DNA of 64,000 bases from Klebsormidium nitens (lineage: Eukaryota > Plantae > Klebsormidiophyceae), in the NCBI GenBank assembly GCA_000708835.1, contig DF237054.1, positions 1 to 64,000 on the forward strand. The letters are read 5' to 3'. Below the pieces are notes generated by a model. The model saw only the letters and a list, made by a program, of their open reading frames with translations, did not search any database and had not been told where the DNA came from. Positions within the stretch are counted from its first letter, which is position 1. Each line of letters starts with the position of its first letter. The translations under genes were made by a program, and so were the position numbers. Positions 14,001-24,900 of this stretch are shown here, one piece after another.

Positions 14001-14093
14001 ACGTCGTCTTTAAGAAGCTCAAAGAACGCATTCCTCGAGGTACAGATTTGCAGATGCTTTTGGTCCGGCGCGCGCCACTATAAATGATAGCCC

Positions 14094-14238
14094 GGTTTAA
14101 GATCGTTGTGAGGCCACTTCGATCTTAAACCTATTCATGTTTTCAGGTTATTCTGGTCTTAAACGTTGTGTTAGACCATTTTGATCTCAAAAGCTGAATT
14201 TCTGAGATCAAAACGGCCTCAGCAAACGATCTTAAACC
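14094..14238. mobile_element. MITE-like 145-bp inverted-repeat element
   Basis: The left end GGTTTAAGATCGTTGTGAGGCC matches the reverse complement of the right end GGCCTCAGCAAACGATCTTAAACC. Internal perfect 11-bp inverted pair TTTTGATCTCA (14179) / TGAGATCAAAA (14203). Repeated GATCTTAAAC motif. No clear TSD. Confidence 0.55.
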
Positions 14239-17200
14239 TGTTATTGATTTATGCCGCGGAAGGCGGCCCAGAACGAAAAAAGGGAAGGCGCTAGTAACGC
14301 GGCAGAAAAACGACGCTACACAAGTATGAAAATTCTATCGGCGCAACTTTCGCCTATGTCTTACGAATCCTTTCTCCGCGTCACGCGGTGAGCGCACTGC
14401 AAGCAAGCGACTCGTAAGGCCGTGGCGCCTCCAGGTGTCGTCCTCGCTAGTGTTCCCGCGCGACCACGGAAAGGAGCGACGGTAGAATGTATCTGGACGC
14501 GCGCATTCTCAAGAGACGTGCCATGCACTTCAAGGACTTCGAGAAAGCAAATAGGGCAGAGCCGAAGAGAAATTTGAAGCGTGTCATGAGCGAAGATTGG
14601 GGATGACTCTACGTAAATTCGCAGGCAACTTAAGCGAAGTGCAACCGCCGGCCAGGCAATTCCTGTGGATACGGCGCATCGCTCTCAAGTGACAGGCTTC
14701 GAGGCTCTTACAGCCAAAAGAAGGAGAACTAAAAGGTACGAAGCTCAGGAGTTCTACGAAGCGACCCATTTATGAATGGGACCGAACGTCGATCCCCAAA
14801 CGCCCCAAGTACGGACGCTTGCCCGTCCGTGCTTGTATTGGAAAGACTTATCAAAATATGGACGCATCTCCGCACCAGCATCAGCTGACAGAGAACCACA
14901 ACCCGAATTTGTCTCTACACCAAATTGATTTGCATCATTGCCCTTGTAAAAGTTAAGGCCGTGCCACAGCTTCACAACTCGTCACGTCATGTCAGTACTT
15001 TTGTCGTTGAAGAGCAAGGAAAGACAAAGAATATCAAAACCTTCCGAGGGGCCGCTTACATATCCGCCCGGCCATGATCATTCACCCCTCAAACTTGAAA
15101 GGGCCTGGCTTGACCTTGGCAGGCCGGCTCCCGGTGACGTCAGCGGGGCTGCCACTCACGTCAGCAGGATTTGAAGGAGATTCGTCGGCCGCGGGCGCGC
15201 TCCGCGCACTTCTTTCAAGTGTCTCGCAGGGAGAAGCCTTTCTGTGGTGGGCACAACGCCAGCCAGCCTCCGACGTGTGCACAATCCATGCACCTTCATC
15301 TGGAAGCGATTCTAGAAGCCCAAAGAGAAACTCTTTTCACGGAGCAAAGCAAACCGATAGACAGAAGTGTTCGGACTTGAAGGTGGCATGAAGCAGAAGT
15401 TGAAAGGCGCTGACGCAGCAGCGGCAAAAGAGCATCGAAGCACCGGCGTGACCGGACAATTGAAACCGAGACGCGCCATGTGACCGTCCGCTTTCAAAAG
15501 GTTCGTAGGACGAAGGCTCCTTGAAAGTAGCGTCATCACGAAGAACCGCTCACTGAGGCCATGATGTGACTGCGCCTCAATATTGGCAACGTCATTGCTC
15601 CTGACCAATGCCCGACTGGAATCGAAGGCACGCAGCGAAGGAACGCTTCTTATTGACAAGCTCTTGTTGATCTGGGCAGATTCGAAACCGGGCATCCGGA
15701 TGGAAATAGCAAGTCCGAAGGATCGAGCAAGCAACGGCCTCATCCTTGGAGGATCCAATGAGACGCGACCAAGCCCCAGCGCTTTCAATGCTTCATCACC
15801 GCACAAGAATCGTGGCGCCTGCAGATTCTGAATCAGGAAAGAAGGCTTAAAAGAAAAGTAAAGTATTGTGGGCGCCCAGACCGGCACCATCTTGGGTTAG
15901 TCAGGGGTTATTGCAAAGATGACGGACTTAAGTTGCGTACTTTCAAGCGAGTAGGATCAACGAACTGAGGAGATCAGGGGATCTGCCTCCTTTCGACGAC
16001 AAATCATCGACGACAGCTGAGCGCATGCGATTGCCGATTGCTAAAGTTCTTGCTAAGACTAGAGTGAGATTCTCTTACTCCTCGTTCTTGCGTAGCCGCA
16101 TTCTATGACCTGACCGAACGACCAGTGGCATCATCCCCTGACCAAGACCTGAGCTTCTGCTCACAGCGGCCCAATTTGTGGATGTGAATCATCGCCTCTC
16201 TTGACAGTTTCGGTCCGGCCCGATCCTCCATGAGGCAGTAGACCAGCAGCGGGCCGGATATCCATATCGCGTTGGGTGTTGATAAAACCGCTTAGAGGCG
16301 TCCGAAGTGTTACCAAAAGCTGCGGGGACATCAAAGTAGAAGCAGCTTACAAACTTCAGGGTAGCCCTTTAGGATCATCGCAGATTGCACTGCCACTTTC
16401 TCTGATTGACAGCATTGGTCCGACGCACGCCTCACTCAACCCCACGTTCAACATGCAGTCCAGCATCCCTCATGATTGCAAACACAGTCACAGTTTCCTC
16501 GACAGACCGACGTCGACTGCATGAGGTGACTGCATCGGAGCTGTGCGGATCGGAGAAACAGGCACGCTTTGATAGCCGAATAGATGCAGACGTTTGACTA
16601 CCACGTGCATATACATATGCACGACGGAAGCAATACAAGTTCTTGACGGGGCGCCGGCGGACCACGCCGCGAAAGGGTCATTCTTGCATGATGACGTCAC
16701 GGTGAGCGGCATGTGAATCTGCTCACAAAGGTCTCCGAAACTGTTATCTTCTAAATTGCCGTCAGAGTCATCGGTAAAGCATTACTAGACAATTAGTTCC
16801 CTTCACTGCCTGATGAGGCAGCGCCAGAATGAGACACTGTGTCGTAATCATCGCTACGGGTTCGACAGCCGAAACAAAGGTTTATCAACCAGACTACAGC
16901 ATCAGAAGCAGAGACGATCGCAAGCAAAGTTACAGGGCAGCCGCTTGCATTGGACAAAGAAGAGCAACATATTGCGATGGCGACGCTGTTCCAATGCGAG
17001 ACATGACTATCGCTAGCAGGAACACGCGAGCGAATGCTATTGCAACGCTACTCAGTGTACACGTGGTTTCCGAAAGATAGATTCCCAGGATCGGGCGCTT
17101 GGCAGCACCCATCAGAGCTACTGTGTGAAGCTCAGTACGCATACGACCAGTGGACGTTTTGACAGAGCGACGAACAGCGCACCGGTAAGGTTGTCTTCCT

Positions 17201-20200
17201 GGATACCACCTCTCCCCCACCTCTTTTGATTGATTTGTTGAGTTGGGTCGATAGGAATGAGGAAGATACCCAAGGATTGCACTAAGCTTGGAGACTTGAG
17301 TCCAGGCTGTAATAGGGGACAAGCCAGAAACGAGATAAACAATTTAGTCCTACGCGCACTTTTACGTATGCCTCCCATCTTGCGACTCGAGAGCACAGAC
17401 AAAAGGTGCCGTGCTTGAAGCTCTGAGCATTCAAATTCCAAAGGTGAACCCGTCGGCACTTTCTACGAAGGTCTCCTCGGCAACATCTCTGCCTTGACTT
17501 TGAGCAAGTGGCAAACCAGAGCTCAAAGAAAGGCCAAACGAGACGCGTTTCAAGGGTTTCCTTTGTCTGACACCAGCTTCGCAGTGGGACCCGGGATGAA
17601 CAAGCTGCGGTCGAACCGACATCCTCAGGCTGAGTCTGCCACCACTTTTCTGCTTTGCACGTCTCCGACCGCTCGCGGGCTTGTGCAGAAAAGCCTCCTC
17701 ATTCAATAAACAAGATCGACGTCAAGTGGGCGGTGGCAAAATCGTACGTGGAAGCTTAACGCTCAAAGGGTTAAGTCGAAATGTAAGAGAAAGACAACTG
17801 GGACGTCTAATCTGGCAGGCGTCTCTGGCTCCGGACCAAGGCAGCACTTACGAAAGCCAAGGTGCACGCAAGAGCGCTTTTCATCAAAACAAGGCCCCTG
17901 CAAGAAGGATTGCTGTCAAATGAAAGCCGCGAAAGGAACTTCCGGTAAAACGTCGAAGTTTGAATGAGCGGCCGGGCTCATAAGCAACAAACAGTGGACT
18001 GTCTAGAGACTGGCTGCTGCCCGCTAAGGCCGCCTAAGGCCGCTAAAATCTCAGTCTCACACCGCCCATGATGGTAGATCCGTGAGGTCAGCCCACACCA
18101 AGCGACAGGCGGTTTGAGCTGGCACTGCCACCACGTCCATCTGAGCCTTTTCTCAAAGCAGCCCAAGATGTTGTACATATTATCGACTCTGCTAAGAGCC
18201 AACGAGCGAAGGAACAATCCGCCAAGGCCTGATGCAGAGTAGCAGAAATATGGGTGTCAAGGTGTATAAGAGGGAATCAGAACCACGGAGAGCCGAGGAC
18301 CTTCTGAGATCAGTCTCCGAAGAGCATCCTGCTCGCCCCACCAGCATATATTGTCAGGTGTCGAAGGATGATTGAAAGTGGGTGCCCATTCATGTTTAAT
18401 CGAAATTTCCGACGACCATTGGCTACAGCCCACCTGAATTGTTCGCCAAGAACAATCAAACAGCGTTCTATCAGGAAGCGGATTGGATTACTTGCATGCG
18501 TTTTGGGCTGCTCAATCTTCCGTTTCCACTGATGTTAATTGGAATCTTTACCATTGTTGAAGAATACGCACACCACTTTTGGCGGCTGGACGTTGACGCC
18601 CCCCCCCCTTGATATGATAATCAGGCAACGGCCTCAGCTCTGGCTTCTGCGTAACATCCAGATGTGGGAAGCAAAATAGACCCAGCGCTTGCCTTCCCTC
18701 ATTTCCCTACGCGAAACTCTGAAATTGCGTGTAAATATGCGTTTCACTATGAAAGCAAAGATGATGAGCCTCCGGACGGTCATCAAGATGCACGGGGACA
18801 ATGTCAAGTAAGGGCGCGTGGCCCTGAATACAACGCCGGACAGCGAAACTCGAAAGAGGAGAAACCTGAAACGTTCGACGCATGCATGTGCACATACTAA
18901 GACACCAGATTGAATTTGACGTGGATGTTTTAAGAAGCCAGAAATAACCGCGAAAGGCTCCCCTCTTGCAAATGTCCGTCGTTGGAGTCACAGAGTAAGA
19001 TCACAGGTAGCGGCAGTATCAAGCGTCAATCGCTCTCGACGCAAACGTTCTTCTTGAACAGTGGTTGCCACCATTTCCGTCTTGAATGTTTGGATAAGAA
19101 ATTTGCGTTGGGAAAGAAGACTGAACGACCAAACAATTCACACGCATCTATTGACATACAGAGATCTGTAAAAAAACTTGACGTGCGCAAGCGAGAGGAC
19201 TTAGTTTTCACATTGTGGATTGAAAGCGGGACGAAGTGTCCCCTCTCACGGTCTCCCCGTGTCGAGGCCAAGTCATGCTCCCGTCATGCTGCACTACCAG
19301 GCCTACAAAGCATGAAGAAAGGTTGACATGTGGTCATCCCTGCCACTGTTGCCGGCGGGTTCCTCGCAATTGAATTCAGGGAACCAAAAGGGATGGCCTG
19401 TTTGAGGTTTGAGTGGCAAAACGAGAATCTGCGGTGGCGTCTGCCTGAAGTGGGGTTTGTGAGGCCAGATGTCCGCCTCAGGGATACTTCTGCATCCTTG
19501 CCTCTCAAGTTATTAACTTGAGGTAGAGGGGCGCAGGCGGTTTTTGCATGGTTAACTTTGGAACGAGTCTCTAAAAGCGCCGGGCAATCTGAAAGTGCTA
19601 CTACTTTGTTCAAAGATACTTCTGTGATATGCATCGTGCAAGCAGAAGCTTAAGAACTTAGACGCGAATGACTCAAGGCTATCTCTGAGCGAACGTCTCG
19701 ACGTTTTCAAGCGAGAATTCTCACTGTCTGGTTCCTCATGGTAACAACCGGCATCAAGCTGACGCGGCCTCCTGCATTGGGATGCCTTAGTGCTCAGTAA
19801 TACTTCGAATCCAAGCTGAGACAAATTTCCATCCTGCCTTCAGAAAAGCAGTGATCCGCTTGTATCATACGCACAAGGATCGCACGAGGTCACCGGGCGT
19901 TATTCTGATTCGTTACGGACCCCCTGGCATCAGATTACTTGGAAAGAACCTGAGGATTAGCCGATCCGCTCAGCTTGCTGTGGACAGCATTGCCTCACCC
20001 AAGTGGCATGTATGCTAGGTGGATCCCCAAAGGGGGAGCAGTAGCAGAATTGCGGCTTGTCAAATCATTACTCAAAGAGTCGCAGGAAGCGAACGAGTGT
20101 ATGAGGTCAGACACAAAGCCCTGCTATACATGAGCCTTTCTAGATTCCTCAACACTCTTCCATCACTTTTGCATGAATGCCAAGTATAGCACAAGATTCA

Positions 20201-21957
20201 CAACTGCCGTGCAGTCGACCAGTTGGACAAACGTAAGCACAGCGTTTTCAATTCCAAGGTTGAGAGCAAAGGCTCGATCGAAGATGCGTGGCAGAAGCAC
20301 TTCATGAGTTCAAACAAGCGCAATCGTGATTGGAGAACAACGGGTTGGCACAAAATCATGCCTGCAAAGGATGGTTACGATGCGCGACGGTTTTGGCGAC
20401 CCGGATCACTTGACTGGTTGGTAGCGTAGGTAAGGCGAAAGTGCCATCTCTTGAGGTGCGGGCGCCTCAGAAAATGTTGTCGTCATTGCTGCGAAGTGGG
20501 ACGGGACCACCAAGAACCAACCCAGTGAGCCGGGTTGGACAGACTCGGTCAGGTTTTCTTTGAGGAGGACCGAAATTGTCGTCAACGTATAGCTGTCGGG
20601 GAAAGCAGAGCGCAAGCTCGAAATGGGAAAGAGTCGGCGACTCCTTTGAAATCAGAGCTCTGATGAGACGGTATTCTTCGAACGGGTGAGTCCTCACGAA
20701 AGGATTGGGCAAAGGATTGACGGGCAAGATGTGGACTTCTGGGCAGATTTGACATCCTTATGCGGGTCCGGACTTCAGCGGATCAATCATATGGCCGAAC
20801 GACTCTCAGTTCGTTGGTTGGCAGCATCATTTGACATGTAGCACGCTCCTCAAGGTCGGAATGACGACTGTTCAGGAAGCGACGAAAACAACCCAGAAAA
20901 GTGGGTGACTGCTTGGAGAACAACTGCAGCAAATCCATGGCGCACCCGCGCATGGGCAGAGACATCCAGTCAGGCAATGAGGCTATGTAAAGAAAAGGGA
21001 TTTTGGCACGCCCTTAGCATCAGCCAGCACCACAGCCATCAGCTTATGGGACGGAACCCTAAGCTCTGCCTCATTGCTCCCTAGAAACGATGCGCGGTGA
21101 CGAAGAGTTAAACGGCTTCAAAGCTACACTCCGAAGTCCCATTGGCAAGAACGAGGTTCCACGCAACCAACGCCTTCGCCTTTGCTTAGTAAAGAGTTCA
21201 AGCATGCACTTCACCAAGGATGAGGCTCCAAAAGGCGGGCAAGCATTGAAACGAGTCCTGCCAAGCATGTTCCGCATCTAAAAGTCTGCTCACATGCACA
21301 GGGGTCGAGCAACCGGATTCCGTTACATGAAAGAAAACTACGAGCAACATGGTACGGAATCACCCGACCATCACATCTGGAGATCGACAAAATCTTTGAA
21401 ACAGAAAGTGCACATGCAATTCCCAGACAAAAGACTCAAAACTTGCATCAGCCAACGAGCTTTAGGCGACCTTCAATGCCAACAGCACATCGGCACTGAG
21501 CAAACCCACACTTGGCCAAGCCGCTTGCACAACTCGGAGATAGACAAGACTTCTCCCCATCCTAGATTCCAAGGGGCAGCTCTGTGCGAATGCCGGATCA
21601 CCCGCCTCTGGTGTGCTTACAAAAAGCACCCCAGCGGTTGCAACAAGTCATTGCCCTTCATGCCATGTCGACGGGGTCGCTTCGGAACAACCTTCGCCCG
21701 CATTGCAAAAATACTCGACTGGATTTTCGCAAGGAAGCATGTTGTCATTGTCTGCGTTCACATCGGGTATTTTGCCGCGAAGACATGGTTGCACGCAGTA
21801 AGGGGTGGGGCGCGCCCGTCACCACTATTGCACGAACAAAACGAGCCAACTCTTCCAATCGAGACAGGCCTTTGGAGCAAGCTTGATGCCGGAAAGGCAA
21901 TCCAATTCTGTATTTACCCAGCAAGAATTACATCAAGCGTCCCTGATTGAGTTATCG

Positions 21958-24900
21958 TCACCGTTGCGGAGTGGAGAAGAATATGACGACAAAGTACACT
22001 AGCAGACCCGCCGCTAAAATCCCCGCGTACAGGAACGCATCCGACGTGGGCGCGACAGGCAAGCTGTGCTTGACCTTGCAGCATGCCAGCCCGTCCCTCG
22101 CCGCCTCTAGTTGCGCATCCACGTAGTCCCGGAAGCCCTGCAAGGCGGAGCGAAGCGGATGTCAATTCTCGAGCTCCTGATTGAGCGGACTCAAAAGAGG
22201 CGTTTGCTACAGTGTAAATGCCTGTCGAGTGATGGCGGGACAGCAAGATGTAGCGCTGACTCAATCTGGGCTGTCAAGCGAAGGCCGTCGGTTGAGCCAA
22301 CAGTTGGACCTACTGAACCATTGAGTATCTTTCGAAGACTTCTAATTTTCGACTCCGGCGTCGATTAGATTCCCGGACGGTTGTGCTCCGGCTACAGCAT
22401 TGAGGATCTCAAAGGGTCCGTGCAAGATTTGACAAAATTGGACGCGCACCTGATCTCTTCGATTGCTTGCATCCTATCTGTGCCTGGGAATCGATTCTGA
22501 TCACCATGCAGAAGACTACCCTCAAACCACCAATTACCCGCAAAGCTTTTGGGCCATTACAACACAACCTGACCCGCAGCATCTTTTCCGGCAAAGCTGA
22601 CAGAAGGGACCATCGAATCTGTCTTGATCGTTGCAGTGACTGCTGATAAAACTGCGATGTAACGGCCCTCACCCGGACGGTCCAGAGCAGGCTGGACGAC
22701 TGCTTGTGGGCGTCCGCAAAGTTTTGCTCGTACAGCAACCCGCCCAACAGCACCAACCGGTCCTCAATGTCCTGCAACAGAGGAGTAGCACACACGTGTC
22801 GGGTTATTGCAGAACAGACTGATTGAGAGATTGGCATAGCCCCTTGCTGTAGCGCACTTTGCCGCTGATTAGTCTGCCGAACCCTGCCGTCTGGAGTTGT
22901 GAGGTTCGAAGGGTGGACTTAAACATTCCGTCTGGATCTTGTGGGCCAGCTCCGGCGGAATAAGAGTGCCGAATTCCAGGGACAAATAGGTCCGATGATA
23001 ATCGGTTGGGATTTACTCCGCCGCTGAACTACAAGAAAATTCTTGGACAATAGCCGTGTTGAGAGGTATCTCACGTCTGCACGCCCCAATGAAATTCGCC
23101 TTCAAAGCTTGTAACATTCTAATCAAAAGGGGAGTGGCTTTTGGCTTCTTGTTGCTCCCCGCACGGGAGTGGAGTGACTCTCCTGATTCCAAAAGAGTTC
23201 TGCATCTGGCTAGGGAAACAGGCGGCAACATCTCCGAACCTGACGCCAGGGGATAGAACGCAGTCACTTTCCCCAAAGAAGAAAGCCGACAGGGCTACTG
23301 GAGCACAACGAAGGATGGATTGAGGTTTCAGGCCCTCCATTTGTTTGACCGCAAGACACGATTCAAGGTGCTACCAGACGGCTCGCATCGATAGCAACCT
23401 TAAGAAACCGTGTAAGTTGCTGAGCAAGCAGGTCAGAGACGAATCGATCGAGCACAACCGGGCCGACAGAAGAGACTTGAAGACAAGGCACCAGTGCCTT
23501 CATCCAATGAAGACTTTGCAGGCATTGGTCCCACGGAAGTTGTGACTACCTTGATTTCCATTTGCAGCCGCTCAACGGTGGCGTGTGGCAGGGGCGCGAC
23601 GGTCCGCTCCGGGTCGCTGTAGAGCTTCTCCATCCACAGGAGCGGGCTGCTGTACGCCTCCGGTGCGGGTCGCGCAGACACGTTGGCGCCGAACGGCGTC
23701 CGCAAGTACTCGTTCGCAAACTCTTCTATCGCCTGTCAGAGGTGAGCAGAGCTTGTGTCAGTCAGTGGTTTATAACGTCAGCAAAATATTACTAATGAAG
23801 TATGCGAACGGGTCTGGGTGGTGCGGACATGTTGCGGCCGAACGGCGTCCGCAGATACTCGTTCGCAAAGTCTTTTATCGCCTGTTCGGGGGAGAATGGA
23901 TTAGTAGGTGCTTCACATCAGGATTATGATGACGTCAGCAAAGTATGTGCAGAGACTTAGGCGACAGTGTCGGGCGGCGGACACGTTGGCGCCGAACGGC
24001 GACCTCAAATATGCGTTTGCAAACTCCTCGATCGCCCGAAAAAAAGGAGGGGATGAGAGGGAGGTAGCATCAGCGCAGGGTTGTGACAACGTCAGCAGAG
24101 GTGCAGTGCAAGGGTCTAGGCGGAGCGGAAACATTTGTACTGAGCGGCGTTCGCAGATACTCGTTCGCAAACTCTTCTATCGCCTGTAAAGAGTGGGTAT
24201 CAGAATCAGGGTGTGGTTACGTCGCAAAGCATAAGCATGGGGGTAGAGCACAGCAGAGACGTTGCCGCCGAACAGCGTTCGCAAAAACTCGTTCGCGAAC
24301 TCCTCAAATTGCCTGTAGATGGACGAAGGACCAACTTGGAATCTGAATCAAGGTTCTGAATGCGCACGGGTTGATCCGCACGTGACACTGCATTTGCCTA
24401 CATTCGGCAATAGATGCTCGAACGAATGTTTTCGAAGCAGCGGTGGACACTCGTCACTCGCAGGGTTAGCGCAGCACCCAAAGAGTCATATCCACAGAAC
24501 AACTACATTTCACAATTGGAGAACGAGCATCGAGCGAGCGACGACAACATAATAGCCAGTCTATTCTCGCATTTTCAGCTGAACTGGATCAAAATCCCAT
24601 AAACTACCCACAACAGGGGTGGTGAAAAGCTGAGGCATGTTTCATCACAGCCCCACTGTCTTCCTCTTAGAAACCACTTTCCTCACCAGCACTGCGTCCC
24701 GCACACCCCGTATCGCCGTGTCCACCCGCGAGAAGATGGCGTTCCGCAGCGACGTGTCGAGCAGCAGTTCGCTGAGTTGGAGAACGGCCCAAACGGATGA
24801 TGCCCATTCGCCCACATCCAGTTTTCCTGTGCCCGGTTCCGGATCACCGACCACCGCTCGTGGGGCGCCGCCAGGCCGCTGAGCACGCTCGCCACCCCGG

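Noticed and set aside
17703-17760. SINKID resembling a GTPase G4 (NKxD) motif
   Set aside because: No G1 or G3 motifs upstream in any frame I read.
20467-20727. Minus-strand LYVDDNFG resembling a reverse-transcriptase YxDD motif
   Set aside because: No other RT motifs nearby, and the opposite strand has a longer protein-like frame, so this is probably antisense coincidence.
21294-21950. 218-aa plus-strand ORF
   Set aside because: No recognizable domain; it abuts the 3' end of the minus-strand gene and probably overlaps its UTR, so it is not called as a gene.
23680-24320. Regularly spaced ~150-bp repeats superficially like a CRISPR array
   Set aside because: Units are diverged, translate as the adjacent exon head and carry splice acceptors; eukaryotic context with no cas genes.
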